A stretch of 64,000 bases of DNA. Source: Candidatus Saccharimonadota bacterium. GTDB lineage: Bacteria; Patescibacteriota; Saccharimonadia; Saccharimonadales; OFTM59. Location: the NCBI GenBank assembly GCA_029260875.1, contig JAJDCL010000027.1, positions 7,354 to 71,353 of the forward strand. The letters are read 5' to 3'. Below are positions 8,155-18,960 of the stretch, piece by piece (positions within the stretch are counted from its first letter, which is position 1; each line of letters starts with the position of its first letter). Both the position numbers and the translations under genes were made by a program. Below the pieces are notes generated by a model. The model made no database searches, was not told the DNA's origin, and saw only the letters and a program-made list of their open reading frames with translations.

Positions 8155-10806
8155 TTATAATTCGCCCCAGTTTTTGCCTATGCTGGTGTCTACGGTGAGC
8201 TTTACAGGAAGTTGATGAACGTTTTCCATGATTTCTTTTACTAACTTGGCGGTTTCCTTGGCGCTGTCTTCGGGGCATTCAATTAATATACTGTCGTGAA
8301 TCTGAAGGAGCATTTTACATGGGGTAGTTTTTAAATTGTCGTATATATGAACCATCGCAAGCTTCATTAAATCGGCAGCGCTACCCTGAAATGGCATGTT
8401 TACTGCAGCCCGCATAGCCGCCTCGCGCACCATAAAATTAGACGAATGCACATCAGGCGTCGGACGGCGTCGGCCAAAGATAGTCTCTACATACCCCTCA
8501 TCCTGAGCTTGCTTTTTAACTGACTCAATATAAGCTAGCAGCTTGGGCCGGACCTCAAAATATTTTTCTATAAAGCGCTTTGCAGCTTCGTATGCCATGC
8601 CGGTAGCCTGTACCAAGCCGTGTGTACTAAGTCCATACATAACACCGAAGTTTACAACCTTGGCGTCGCGACGCATGGTTTTTGTAACTTCTTCAGGTGT
8701 GCGACCGTGGATTTCTGCAGCCGTAGCCGTGTGCACATCTATGTCTTTATTAAACATCTCAATCAGGTTGTCGTCGTCACACAAATAAGCAGCTAAACGC
8801 AGCTCAAACTGCGAGTAATCAGCACTTATTAGTACATTCCCTGGCGCAGCCACAAATGCTGTTCGTATACCCTTACCCAACTCTGTACGCACAGGTATGT
8901 TTTGCAGGTTCGGATCAACCGAGCTTAAACGACCGGTTTGAGCAACAGTAAGGGCGTAGGTCGTGTGCAGACGTGATTTCTCATCTATCATTGTTGGCAG
9001 CGTATCAACATATGTGTTCTTTAGCTTTGCAACCTCACGGTATTTGGTAATCAGGTCAATAATGGGGTGAGTGGCCCTAAGCTTATCTAGCTCGCTTGCA
9101 GCGGTTGAGTACCCTGTTTTACCACGTTTAATCCCTGCGGTAGGCAAGTTAAGCTTAGTGAATAAAATCTCTGCAAGCTGCGAAGGCGAACTTATATTAA
9201 ACTCTTGGTCGGCATAACCATAAATCTGTTGTTCTAGGTCGCTAATTGTATCCTCAAGCTGCTCAGACATCTTCGCCAAGTGCTTAGTATCTAGCTCAAT
9301 GCCCTCGTATTCCATTGCAGCCAAAACAGCAATAACCGGCCATTCTATGATCTGAGCAAGTTTTTCAACCTTTGGCATTTCTGCTAAATCTTTAACTTGC
9401 TGGTCGTACAAAGATTTTATGATGTGCGTCATTTCACCAGCTCGCTCAATTAGCTCTTCATCAGATAAATCCTCAAATGATGAGCCGTCATAGCCCAGAT
9501 CGGCGCTAGCGAGTTCTGTCAACGTCTGCTCTCGGCGAAGCGAATTTAGCAAAAACGCTCCGATAAGCACGTCGTGCCTAACCTTGTTTAGGTCAACACC
9601 CAGGTTATACCCAATCTTTATGACAGATTTTACGTCGTGGCCAATTAATTCTAGTTTCTCAAGTTTCGCGCCTATTTTAGACCGTACTGCTTTGGCTGAT
9701 ATTTTTGTAAGGTCTAACGCATAGGCGGTTTTGCCGTCCGTGCTAAGTATTAAAACTTTGGGGCCCACGCCGTGTTTGCCGGATGAACGCCCATAAACAA
9801 ACACCTTGCCAGAATCTGGCAGCTTCAATTGTTCTAGGTCTTTTTCTGACTCAATCAGTATTGTTTTAGTCTTAGAATTTTGATCATAAACGTGCGGGGC
9901 ATCCCGGCTTTCTATGACCTGCATAGCCTCTGGCAATTGACGTACTAAAGTGCGAAACTCATATTTTTGCAGAGTGTCACGAACTAGCTCTGGGTTACAT
10001 TTGCTGCCGTCTACTTCTTCTAGGTTTAGTTTTATAGGGGCATCTGTCCAAATAGCCGCTAATTTCTTGCTCAGGTATGCCAGGTCTTTACCCGCCTCAA
10101 GCTTCTTACGAACACTATCTTTAAGCAGTGCTAAGTTTTCATATATGCCATCTAAAGTTTTGTACTGTTTTAGTAGGTCAATCGCACCTTTTTCACCGAT
10201 TCCTGGCACGCCCGGGATATTGTCTGATGAATCGCCTTTTAAGGCTTTTAAATCCAAAAATTGAGTTGGCAGGATCCCGTATTTTTCAGTAAAACTTTCC
10301 GGATTAAAGTGCTCGATATTACTTAGCCCTTTTTTGAGCGCATATATATTGACATGTAGGTTAATCAGTTGCAGCATGTCCAGGTCACTTGTTACCAGCA
10401 TAGTCTCAATATCTTGCTCGTTTGCCTGTAGCGCCAGCGTACCCATGATGTCGTCGGCCTCGTAGTCATCAAGCTCATAAAGCGGCCAGCCAAAGGCTTT
10501 TAGCAGCTCTTGTAATATCGGTATCTGAACAGCAAAATCCGCTGGCGCAGGCTTGCGGCCTGCTTTGTATTCCGGATACATTTCTAGACGCTTGCGAATA
10601 TTAGTCTTGGGTTTGTCCCACGCAACAGCGACGTAATCCGGTTTTAGGCGCTTAATTACCTCCAGTGCCATCACAGCAAAGCCATAAACACCCCCGGTTG
10701 GCGTGCCATCACGAGTCGACAAATTGGGCATAGCGTAATAACCACGGTAAAAAACACTCTTACCGTCAATTATTGCCAGTCGTTTACGTTCGCCGCTCAT
10801 ACTCAC
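8155..10806 (-). CDS. polA: DNA polymerase I
   Basis: 883 aa with a 5'-nuclease N-terminus. Pol motifs DYSQFELR (A), RRDAKVVNFGVMYG (B) and QIHDS (C). Confidence 0.97.
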   Translation of the reverse strand: MSMSGERKRLAIIDGKSVFYRGYYAMPNLSTRDGTPTGGVYGFAVMALEVIKRLKPDYVAVAWDKPKTNIRKRLEMYPEYKAGRKPAPADFAVQIPILQELLKAFGWPLYELDDYEADDIMGTLALQANEQDIETMLVTSDLDMLQLINLHVNIYALKKGLSNIEHFNPESFTEKYGILPTQFLDLKALKGDSSDNIPGVPGIGEKGAIDLLKQYKTLDGIYENLALLKDSVRKKLEAGKDLAYLSKKLAAIWTDAPIKLNLEEVDGSKCNPELVRDTLQKYEFRTLVRQLPEAMQVIESRDAPHVYDQNSKTKTILIESEKDLEQLKLPDSGKVFVYGRSSGKHGVGPKVLILSTDGKTAYALDLTKISAKAVRSKIGAKLEKLELIGHDVKSVIKIGYNLGVDLNKVRHDVLIGAFLLNSLRREQTLTELASADLGYDGSSFEDLSDEELIERAGEMTHIIKSLYDQQVKDLAEMPKVEKLAQIIEWPVIAVLAAMEYEGIELDTKHLAKMSEQLEDTISDLEQQIYGYADQEFNISSPSQLAEILFTKLNLPTAGIKRGKTGYSTAASELDKLRATHPIIDLITKYREVAKLKNTYVDTLPTMIDEKSRLHTTYALTVAQTGRLSSVDPNLQNIPVRTELGKGIRTAFVAAPGNVLISADYSQFELRLAAYLCDDDNLIEMFNKDIDVHTATAAEIHGRTPEEVTKTMRRDAKVVNFGVMYGLSTHGLVQATGMAYEAAKRFIEKYFEVRPKLLAYIESVKKQAQDEGYVETIFGRRRPTPDVHSSNFMVREAAMRAAVNMPFQGSAADLMKLAMVHIYDNLKTTPCKMLLQIHDSILIECPEDSAKETAKLVKEIMENVHQLPVKLTVDTSIGKNWGEL

Positions 10807-11142
10807 AGTATACCCTCATATGAGCAATAAATTATGCAGGCGCGTATACTTGGCACAAGAAAACTTCAGTATGAATAAAAATTTAGTCACTTCATCCGTA
10901 CATCACAAGCATTGACACTACATATATGAGCGACGTATTCGCTCGCTTAGGATTGATTCTAAACAGATGGCTTGGAGCCAAGTATTTTCACTGATGGGTT
11001 TAATAGTCGCTGGAATTTTACTAGAAAGCAACAAGGAAACTTTTGCTCGACTAGTGGGGTTTTTGTAATTTTGCTAGGAGTTTTTGATCTAGACGACACA
11101 TTCGGCGTCGTACTTCTATTTTAGCCAGAAAGGTCGTGCACC

Positions 11143-11730
11143 CTACTTTACTATATATACTTCAAGGGTTTTTTCGGCTTGGTCTTTGAATGCTTCGATG
11201 TCGTTGCCGTTGTTGAGTAGTGTCAAATCAGCGCGCTCTTTTACTGCGGTCATGTTCAGCGTTGCTTCATCTCCGCTGGAATTCATTTCGGCCATTTCAT
11301 CGGCAAGAAATTGTTCGAAAGTTTTCTCGTCCTCGCCTGAGCGTCCACGAGTGTGCTTATTGGCCTGAATCCTGTCATAACGGATATAGGAATCGGCATC
11401 TACCCAAATGACTTGCCCGCCGAGCTCGTGTACACGGTCGGCCTCACCTGGATTGCGCAATGAGGCGACTACCAGCCCCTCGTAGGGTGTTTGCTGGGCC
11501 TCATAATATTTCTTAGCCTTATCTACTAATACACCGAGGCCACTTTCGCGCCGCCATTCGGCACTGATTTCGCGCAGAGTCGCCCTTTCTACTGGCTGGT
11601 TACGACGCCTTGCTTCTTCGCGAAGCGTATCAGTAAGTGAAACGAACAAAAAATTATGTCGCTCGGCAAGCATATGCCCGACAGTATCTTTGCCCGACCC
11701 GTTGGTGCCCGATAATCCAATAATTTTCAT
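11143..11730 (-). CDS. P-loop nucleotide kinase (dephospho-CoA kinase / dNMP kinase-like)
   Basis: MKIIGLSGTNGSGKDT Walker A motif and ~195 aa kinase size. The exact substrate cannot be told from sequence. Confidence 0.6.
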   Translation of the reverse strand: MKIIGLSGTNGSGKDTVGHMLAERHNFLFVSLTDTLREEARRRNQPVERATLREISAEWRRESGLGVLVDKAKKYYEAQQTPYEGLVVASLRNPGEADRVHELGGQVIWVDADSYIRYDRIQANKHTRGRSGEDEKTFEQFLADEMAEMNSSGDEATLNMTAVKERADLTLLNNGNDIEAFKDQAEKTLEVYIVK

Positions 11731-11734
11731 ATTT

Positions 11735-12856
11735 TTATTTTATGTAGTCGTGCAGCTTCTTAGAATCTTTGTGCTTGCGTAACTTAGCAAGCGCCTTAGC
11801 TTCTATCTGACGGATACGTTCGCGGGTAACCGAAAATTCCTGCCCTACTTCTTCTAGCGTGTGGCTCTTACCGTCATCCAGGCCAAAGCGCAGACGCAAG
11901 ATTTTTTGTTCGCGGTCAGTCAGGCTGCCAAGCATATCTTTGACATGTTCTTTAAGCAACTGGCTAGTCGCTGATTCTTCCGGGCTTACAGTGTCTTCAT
12001 CTTCAATAAAATCACCAAGCACAGAATCTTCTTCGTCATCACGCACGCTGGCATCAAGCGAGCTTATGTCTTGTTTGATTTTCATGATGTGCTCAACCTT
12101 GTCCACATCTATTTCCATAGCTTCGGCAATTTCCTCATTAGTAGGTTCGCGGTTAAGTTCTTGGGTCAAACGGCGCTGAGTGCGGAGTAATTTGTTGATG
12201 GTTTCTACCATGTGCACCGGAATACGGATGGTACGGGCTTGGTCAGCAATGGCACGGGTAATGGCCTGGCGGATCCACCAGGTAGCGTAAGTTGAAAACT
12301 TAAAACCTTTGTCTGGATCAAACTTCTCAACAGCGCGCAGAAGGCCTGTGTTCCCTTCCTGAATAAGATCCAAAAGGTCTAGACCGCGGCCTACGTAGCG
12401 CTTCGCTATACTCACAACCAGACGCATATTTGCCTCTGCCATCTTGTCTTTGGCAACTTTATCGCCTGCAACAACCCTCTGGGCAAGCGCTAATTCTTCC
12501 TCGGCATTTAGCAGCGGAATCTTACCGATTTCACGCAAGTACAAGCGGACTGAGTCATCAGCGATATCGTCTAAATAGGCTGGCACCTCAATTACTTCCT
12601 CTTCCTCCTCTGAGATCCAAGGATCTGCCAACCCGCTAGCTGTACTTTCGCTTGTTACGTCAATACTTGAGTCTGCAAGTTCCGTGTACAATGCGTCTAA
12701 TATCTCAGCGTTCTCAGGCGTGTCGGGAATAGCCGACATTATTTCTTTTTGATCAATTTTGCCGTCTTTTTTGGCTTTATCAAACAGCTCTTGCTTGACC
12801 TGGTCTAGTGTCAGCTCCGCATTATCATCAGTCGCTGCCGTTTTATCATCTCCCAT
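11735..12856 (-). CDS. rpoD: RNA polymerase sigma factor RpoD (sigma-70)
   Basis: Region 2 [16 protein letters not shown]; region 4.2 [20 protein letters not shown]. Confidence 0.97.
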   Translation of the reverse strand: MGDDKTAATDDNAELTLDQVKQELFDKAKKDGKIDQKEIMSAIPDTPENAEILDALYTELADSSIDVTSESTASGLADPWISEEEEEVIEVPAYLDDIADDSVRLYLREIGKIPLLNAEEELALAQRVVAGDKVAKDKMAEANMRLVVSIAKRYVGRGLDLLDLIQEGNTGLLRAVEKFDPDKGFKFSTYATWWIRQAITRAIADQARTIRIPVHMVETINKLLRTQRRLTQELNREPTNEEIAEAMEIDVDKVEHIMKIKQDISSLDASVRDDEEDSVLGDFIEDEDTVSPEESATSQLLKEHVKDMLGSLTDREQKILRLRFGLDDGKSHTLEEVGQEFSVTRERIRQIEAKALAKLRKHKDSKKLHDYIK

Positions 12857-12875
12857 ATACTCTCTCCTTTATGAA

Positions 12876-14633
12876 CTACTGTCTTCGTAATAAATCAAGT
12901 GCCCGGACTTCTCCTAGCAATTGTTTTGTTCTGTTTTCATCCGCATCGCGTAGCTCTTCGGCTATAATCGCTTTTTTCGTTTTGACGTAATGTTCTATTA
13001 GCCTCGTTTGCAAGCGCGCTGCTTCGTATTGAAGTTCCAGCTCGTCAAGGTCTTGATAGAGTGTCTCGTATTGTAACTTGGTAATTTTGACATACTCGGC
13101 AATCTGTTGCAAGGCGCGAGCAAGTGAGTCTGCTTTACTATCCGATAGTTCATTGTCAGAATCCGGGTGTGATTTTATAAAGTTCAGTAGATATCTGGGA
13201 TTGTCTCCAATCAACATTTCTTCGGTAACTGGCTTCGCAAAACTCCTGAGCTTCGGCTTATACAACATAAGACCAAGCAAATGATCCTGTAGTTTTATGC
13301 GTTCTGTTTGGTCGGCGTCAGATAAGCGGGTAGACTTATTTTGCTTAAGGCGCTGTACTTCGTTTTTATTCAGTTTCAACTTGGACCTAAGAGCGTCAAC
13401 GCTAACACTTAACATATCTGCCAGCCTGCTCAGGTAATGATCCTGTTCTACCGGATCGTTCAGCCGATGAATAGTAGCTAAAATAGTGTCACTAAAGCGC
13501 CGCTTGCCTTCTGCGCTGTTAAGATCTGTGGTTTTTCTGTAACGGTTGATCAACCAGTCAAGCGCGTATTCTTGTTCGTTTATAACACTTTCCCATAACT
13601 TGGGGTCTTTTCTAATCAGCTCGTCCGGATCTTTGCCCTCAGGAATTGGAATAATGCTAAGCGATAGCCCTAATTTACTAGCCATTGGGATAACCCGTTC
13701 TGTGGCTGCCTGTCCAGCTTTATCTTCGTCAAAAGCTAGGCGAATGTCATCTGTAAAGCGGGCCAAAGTCTTTAGGTGCGACTCTGTCATGGCAGTGCCA
13801 GCGGTAGCCACGACTTGTTTTATGCCTGCTTGATAACTGGCAATTACATCCAGGTTGCCCTCACTCACTACTGCATATTGATTTTGCCTGATCGCTTCTT
13901 TGGCCAGGTGTAGGCCATAAACATGCCGGCCTTTGTCATATAGCAAAGTTTGGGGTGTATTAATATATTTTGGTGCTTCCGGATTATCTTCTAACAGCCT
14001 GGCCGTGAAACCTATCACCTGCCCTTGTGTGTCCATGAGCGGAATCATCAGGCGGCCTCGGAACATATCCCGCGCCTCACTGTAGCGCTTGGTAACCAAA
14101 CCCGCTTTTTGAGCCTCTTCCTCTGTTATTCCTTGCTTTTTTAAGTATTCCAGCAAAGCAGTGCCAGTATTGGGGGAGTACCCAATCCGAAACTCCAGTG
14201 CCACAGCTTTTGTAAATTTACGCTTATTAAAAACATATTCCCAGGCGTTCTTATTCTTAGAAAACTGCACCTGGTAAAACTTGGCTGCGAGCTCATTGGC
14301 ACGAGACAGTTTTTCCTTGAGCTTGCCCGTATCAGCACCACGACCTCCACGGTATTGGCTCAGATCAACTCCGGCCTTACGGGCCAAGAGCTCTAATGCG
14401 CCTTTGAAGTCCAGCCCTTCCATCTCCATAACAAAGCTAAACATATTTCCGCCCTTGCCAGAGGAAAAATCATGCCAAATCTGCTTTTCTGGGCTAACCA
14501 TAAAGCTTGGTGATTTTTCATTACCAAACGGGCTTAGGCCCTTGAAGTTCCGGCCGGCACGTTTAAGCTGGACGTATTCACTGATTACGTCCTCAATAGA
14601 CAGCCTAGCCTTAACCTCTTCAACCGCATCCAT
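12876..14633 (-). CDS. dnaG: DNA primase
   Basis: N-terminus aligns to the DnaG zinc-binding domain (PF.NEK.PSF), and a Toprim segment is present (VVSEGNLDVI...DEDKAGQ). The four zinc ligands are substituted; see finding. Confidence 0.93.
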   Translation of the reverse strand: MDAVEEVKARLSIEDVISEYVQLKRAGRNFKGLSPFGNEKSPSFMVSPEKQIWHDFSSGKGGNMFSFVMEMEGLDFKGALELLARKAGVDLSQYRGGRGADTGKLKEKLSRANELAAKFYQVQFSKNKNAWEYVFNKRKFTKAVALEFRIGYSPNTGTALLEYLKKQGITEEEAQKAGLVTKRYSEARDMFRGRLMIPLMDTQGQVIGFTARLLEDNPEAPKYINTPQTLLYDKGRHVYGLHLAKEAIRQNQYAVVSEGNLDVIASYQAGIKQVVATAGTAMTESHLKTLARFTDDIRLAFDEDKAGQAATERVIPMASKLGLSLSIIPIPEGKDPDELIRKDPKLWESVINEQEYALDWLINRYRKTTDLNSAEGKRRFSDTILATIHRLNDPVEQDHYLSRLADMLSVSVDALRSKLKLNKNEVQRLKQNKSTRLSDADQTERIKLQDHLLGLMLYKPKLRSFAKPVTEEMLIGDNPRYLLNFIKSHPDSDNELSDSKADSLARALQQIAEYVKITKLQYETLYQDLDELELQYEAARLQTRLIEHYVKTKKAIIAEELRDADENRTKQLLGEVRALDLLRRQ

Positions 14634-14671
14634 ATCAACATTGTACGCTACGAAGATTTTTATGCTTAAAT

Positions 14672-15274
14672 ATGGGCATGGAATCTAAGCAACCACCTTA
14701 TGACTTTATTATGAATTCAGGCGCTTCACCACAAAAAAGAGGCCTGCTGCCGAGCAATACCACTAAAAAGCAAAGGGTGCTCATGATGGCCGGGGCTGGG
14801 GTGGTGTTTTTAATTATCTTTGGTATTGTCTTGAGCTTGTTTTTTAACCGTCCCGACCCGGCACTCGGGGCGTCACTCAAGATGGCGCAACAGCACACCG
14901 AACTTTTGCGAGTTGCTGATATTGGCACAAGACAGGCCAAGAGCTCCACCACAAGACACCTGTCGGCTACAGTGAAATTAAGCCTTCAATCATCAGAAGA
15001 CAGCATACTATCTATAGCTAACAAGAATAGGAAGCTTACGCCCGCGCATCTCAACGCTGCAAAAAATCTGGGCACAGATGAAAACCTAACCAGCGCTAGC
15101 CAGAACAACCGTTTTGATGAAGAGTTTACATCAACAATTCATGCTCAAATTAGTGAGTATTTAAAACAAATTCAAGTTGTTAAGGATGCGACTAAATCCG
15201 ACCAAGACAAGAAGACTCTAGGAGAAATCCACGACCAACTTGCTAGAATATTGCCTTCCGACCCCAACCACTAG
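14672..15274 (+). CDS. Membrane-anchored hypothetical protein
   Basis: One TM helix (VLMMAGAGVVFLIIFGIVLSLFF) after a short cytoplasmic N-terminus. Confidence 0.55.
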   Translation: MGMESKQPPYDFIMNSGASPQKRGLLPSNTTKKQRVLMMAGAGVVFLIIFGIVLSLFFNRPDPALGASLKMAQQHTELLRVADIGTRQAKSSTTRHLSATVKLSLQSSEDSILSIANKNRKLTPAHLNAAKNLGTDENLTSASQNNRFDEEFTSTIHAQISEYLKQIQVVKDATKSDQDKKTLGEIHDQLARILPSDPNH

Positions 15275-15615
15275 TTAGGTGTTGGCACGGGCATACCATT
15301 GTTAGTTACCAGGTCGTAGCTGTGACGCACCAGGGCTTGGACCTCTTCCCACGGCAGCTCACCTGTTAAGACAAGGGTGTTCCAGTGCTTTTTGTTCAGA
15401 TGGTAGCCTTCTTGAACTTCTATATATTTTTCGCGCAGGACTTTGGCCAGCTCAGGGTCGCATTTCAGACTGATACGAACGGGGGTTTTGCCTTCCTCTA
15501 TCAACGCGAACATCTTGTCATCAACCTTATACACGGCCACCCCTTCGCCAAAGGGATAATCAAGCCGCGCATTGGGCATACTCAGCACATATTCTTCTAC
15601 AGTTTTATGATCCAT
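15271..15615 (-). CDS. MmcQ/YjbR family DNA-binding protein
   Basis: YVLSMPNARLDYPFGEGVAVYKVDDKMFALI...HLNKKHWNTL matches the YjbR-family pattern. Confidence 0.75.
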   Translation of the reverse strand: MDHKTVEEYVLSMPNARLDYPFGEGVAVYKVDDKMFALIEEGKTPVRISLKCDPELAKVLREKYIEVQEGYHLNKKHWNTLVLTGELPWEEVQALVRHSYDLVTNNGMPVPTPN

Positions 15616-16174
15616 CTTGGCTTTTCAACCAATCTAAGTAATATTGCAGCTCGGCTATAGATGCCTGAATGTCATCAAAGGCACGGTGGAGGCCTTGCTT
15701 TTCAAAGGCTACGCCGTATTTGCCCTGCATTAAAACTTTAAAGGCACTAACATCCAACATACGATAGTGCAGTTTTAGGTCCAGAGACGGCCACCATCGC
15801 TGGATAAATTTACGGTCATTATGGATTGAGTTACCCGCTAGCACCGCTGGCTCTGAACCAAAATGCTTGTTTACCAGTTCGATAAGTTCGTCTTCAACTA
15901 CGCCAAGCGGTTTTGCATCAGCTAACTTGTTCAAAAAGTCATCGCGGTTAGCAGGATACTCTTTCCACCAGATATTTGCCTGCATACGTGCTACCACCGT
16001 CTGTTGATTGCCGCCACGTACACGCGCCTCGTAACTTTCAAGCGTTTTGAAATTAAAGTCCGTAATCTCTACCGCCACTTCTAGGATTACGTCCTTGTCC
16101 GGGTCCAGCCCCGTCATCTCAATATCCAACCACATTAGCTTGGTTGGCGTCTCATCCTTATTTTGTTTTGTCAT
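15605..16174 (-). CDS. orn: Oligoribonuclease
   Basis: MWLDIEMTGLDPDKDVILE (DEDDh exo motif I) and SIHNDRKF (motif III region). ~180 aa. Confidence 0.9.
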   Translation of the reverse strand: MTKQNKDETPTKLMWLDIEMTGLDPDKDVILEVAVEITDFNFKTLESYEARVRGGNQQTVVARMQANIWWKEYPANRDDFLNKLADAKPLGVVEDELIELVNKHFGSEPAVLAGNSIHNDRKFIQRWWPSLDLKLHYRMLDVSAFKVLMQGKYGVAFEKQGLHRAFDDIQASIAELQYYLDWLKSQDGS

Positions 16175-16937
16175 TTAAAATCCCCTCAAACCATTGTACC
16201 GTTTCCTCAAATAGCTGCCTCATCACTTCGTCGGAGTCTTCAAACTGATGATGAGCCTCTGATATTTCAATAAACTCTTTTGGCTCATCGGCCACCTCAA
16301 AGTAGCGCATTCCGAGATGTGACATCGCCCCCTTACCTGCAGCAATTATTTTTAGGGGGTACCCCTTCTGAGCAGCCAGATTTGTAGTATCGCCCATAGC
16401 CATATCCTGCTCATTCATAGTTTTCGGCACAATATAACCATTTCCGGCAATGCCTACTATTATGTCATCATAAATTTTTTCCGGGAAATTCTGCTGCCAA
16501 TCACCTTCCTCGTGCCATATCAGCCCGTGTGTTGGATCCCACAAGACAGCCCCGTCTATCTTTGTTTTTGACTTAAGTATCGTTAAACCGCCATAGCTGT
16601 GGCCAATGGCAAAAATTTTAGGTACATTTTGCTTTTTCAAATAGTTTACAACCGTTTCAAAGTCTTCTGTATGAGTTTGAAGCGTACAACCCAACAAATT
16701 GCGAGCTGTTTCTTCAAAGTCATACATGAATAGTCTCAATACGCTGAAGCCTTTCTCGTGAAGATGTCTTGCGCCAAGGAATTGCAACAGCTCATTGCCA
16801 CTACCTGGCCGACCATGCATCATCACCACTAGCGGTTTTTTCAGGTTACCGCGAAGAATACCTTTTATCTTATGACCATCTGGCAAATCCACATAAACCG
16901 TGCTTTCCGGCACTACGGCATAGCTCATCCTCAGCAT
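16158..16937 (-). CDS. Alpha/beta hydrolase
   Basis: GHSYGG nucleophile elbow, with MHGRPGSG upstream. 259 aa. Confidence 0.75.
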   Translation of the reverse strand: MLRMSYAVVPESTVYVDLPDGHKIKGILRGNLKKPLVVMMHGRPGSGNELLQFLGARHLHEKGFSVLRLFMYDFEETARNLLGCTLQTHTEDFETVVNYLKKQNVPKIFAIGHSYGGLTILKSKTKIDGAVLWDPTHGLIWHEEGDWQQNFPEKIYDDIIVGIAGNGYIVPKTMNEQDMAMGDTTNLAAQKGYPLKIIAAGKGAMSHLGMRYFEVADEPKEFIEISEAHHQFEDSDEVMRQLFEETVQWFEGILNDKTK

Positions 16938-16952
16938 ACAAGAAAGTATACC

Positions 16953-18182
16953 CTACTGTTGGCCTAGTTCTCTAAGGGTCTTAGGCCAATTGGCGCGTTC
17001 TTCTACAGCTGCCTGCGTGGCGACATCAGCCTTTTGAGTGATTTCGCGGTAGCCAGTGGTGCTCGCTATGGCCTCGTAGCTCAGCTTCACGCTTACCTTT
17101 TTAAGCCCCTGCTCCTCGGCCATTTCTAGGCAATTATCATCGCGCGGACGGCACTTTTCGCCCAGTTCCAGCCATTTTTCTACATTATCGTCATACTGAA
17201 TTGTCATTGTTGTAGCGATGCTTAGGCCACGATTAGTTTCTTTATCTAGCTGGTCAAAAATAAAATTGCCGGTTGAGTAAACGATCAGTTTGCCTTTATA
17301 AACTTCGGTATTTTGTACCCAGTGCGGACTGTTGCCGATTAGAAATTCCGGGCCGCGGTCGACAATTTTATGCGCAATGTTCACTTGCTTAGTATCTGCG
17401 CGTGACTGGTATTCTGCCCCAACCTGCATGAATGCAAAAACCGGCATAATTTTAGCGTAGCGGTCCATAGCCTCTATTTCGCCTGGTTCGGGTTCGTATT
17501 CAAAATAGTGCCAAGCACAAAACGCCACCGGCAAAGTGCTTTTAACTTCGCTTTTATCCGGTTTTTGCAAGCGCACCGGCAGGGCTATAACCTCACAGAT
17601 ATCGTCCTTTTCGCGCGGGCTGTAGTTGCCCACGGTCTGCAGGCCACCTTTTTCTAACAGCTCAACTGTTTCTTCGTAACCGTCCTGGCCCATGTCACGT
17701 GTATGGTTGTTAGCGATATTGGCAATCGTTACCGGGAAGTGCTTGAGTATTGCTGGCAAGAATTCCGGACGGCAGTTGAAAATAGTGTTTGCTACCTGCT
17801 GACGGTACGGGATATTGTTCGTCGTCATCGGACATTCGTGGTCAAACTCCCAGGCATCATACTGTTCGGGGTTAAAAGTGCTGAACCTGCTAAGCGGCTG
17901 GTCGTAATCAATCGTGCCGTTCGCCCTTCGCGCCTCGTTTTCTACTGCCCTGGCTATTACTACGGTGCCACTAAATAAGTACTTACCGTTTACCTGCTCG
18001 TATTCCATGCCTTTTGGCTCAGAACCGCCTGCAAATGGATTAAGACCCCTCTCTGCTGCGCTATCCGGCCTAAGCACAATTATGCCGATACCTATGATTA
18101 CCAAAAGCAGCCCAATAATAAGCTTGCGCTTGGACTTTCGTTTTGGCGGCCTCATTCCTGGCCTATACGTGTCATACCTCAT
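16953..18182 (-). CDS. CapA-family metallophosphoesterase-like envelope protein (copy 1)
   Basis: N-terminal TM anchor, then the CapA-like segments ANIANNHTRDMG and GNSPHWVQ. An alternative start is the ATG at 18155. Confidence 0.7.
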   Translation of the reverse strand: MRYDTYRPGMRPPKRKSKRKLIIGLLLVIIGIGIIVLRPDSAAERGLNPFAGGSEPKGMEYEQVNGKYLFSGTVVIARAVENEARRANGTIDYDQPLSRFSTFNPEQYDAWEFDHECPMTTNNIPYRQQVANTIFNCRPEFLPAILKHFPVTIANIANNHTRDMGQDGYEETVELLEKGGLQTVGNYSPREKDDICEVIALPVRLQKPDKSEVKSTLPVAFCAWHYFEYEPEPGEIEAMDRYAKIMPVFAFMQVGAEYQSRADTKQVNIAHKIVDRGPEFLIGNSPHWVQNTEVYKGKLIVYSTGNFIFDQLDKETNRGLSIATTMTIQYDDNVEKWLELGEKCRPRDDNCLEMAEEQGLKKVSVKLSYEAIASTTGYREITQKADVATQAAVEERANWPKTLRELGQQ

Positions 18183-18197
18183 ATACTTGTACTAATT

Positions 18198-18941
18198 ATG
18201 TCACACAAGAAGTTAACTATTCCAGTAATCATTATCGCTGCAGCTGTTGGGGGAGCGTTTTTTATGCTGCGGAAACCTGTTTCTGCTCCGCCAACTAATA
18301 ATGAGCAACGAGCAATAACCACCCAACAGCAATCGTCCGATGGTTTTGATAAAAATAAGTATTCTACGGATGAACCAGGCAGTGTTTGGCAGATCGTGAA
18401 TAAAAAACGTGCCCTGCCTGCTAATTATGTGCCGGAGGATTTAATAGTCCCGGATGTACGCTTGCGCTTAGTCGCATCAGAACAACAGATGAAGTTCCGC
18501 CAAATTGCCGAAGCCGATCTAGTAGCCATGTTTAATGCGGCCAAAGAAGCTGGCGTGACGCTGGTGTTTGGCAGCGGCTATAGATCATACGAGCTGCAAA
18601 AGCAGTTTTATGATAGTTATGTGGCCCGTGACGGCCAAGCAGCGGCCGATCGCTACAGCGCCCGCCCAGGCACCAGCGAACACCAGACAGGTCTAAGCTT
18701 TGACGTCACCTCAATCAGCGGCAAATGCCATCTGGAAATTTGTTTTGAAGACTTGCCCGAGGGCCAGTGGATCAAGGCTCATGCCCATAAGTACGGTTTT
18801 ATAATCCGCTACCCTGACGGCAAAGAATCAATAACCGGCTACCAGTACGAACCCTGGCACCTCCGCTACATCGGCAAAGAACTAGCTAACGAATATCACA
18901 AAACCAACACTAAAACCCTGGAAGAATTTTTCGGATTATAA
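18198..18941 (+). CDS. D-alanyl-D-alanine carboxypeptidase (VanY / M15B peptidase)
   Basis: SGYRSYELQ, RPGTSEHQTGLSFDV and EPWHLRY are the characteristic VanY zinc-site motifs. An N-terminal TM helix is present. Confidence 0.88.
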   Translation: MSHKKLTIPVIIIAAAVGGAFFMLRKPVSAPPTNNEQRAITTQQQSSDGFDKNKYSTDEPGSVWQIVNKKRALPANYVPEDLIVPDVRLRLVASEQQMKFRQIAEADLVAMFNAAKEAGVTLVFGSGYRSYELQKQFYDSYVARDGQAAADRYSARPGTSEHQTGLSFDVTSISGKCHLEICFEDLPEGQWIKAHAHKYGFIIRYPDGKESITGYQYEPWHLRYIGKELANEYHKTNTKTLEEFFGL

Positions 18942-18960
18942 GTATTACTGTTACTAGGAG

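Noticed and set aside
8153-8278. Arg/His-rich 42-aa N-terminal extension of the second HAD ORF
   Set aside because: It overlaps the last 124 nt of polA. A GTG at 8152 gives MIKAIIFDCFGV, which matches the paralog's N-terminus exactly.
10807-11142. 336-nt gap upstream of polA as a possible ncRNA or small-protein locus
   Set aside because: It contains only 22-24-aa ORFs without an SD. I saw no convincing stem-loops, tRNA-like or known RNA motifs. It is most simply the polA promoter/leader region.
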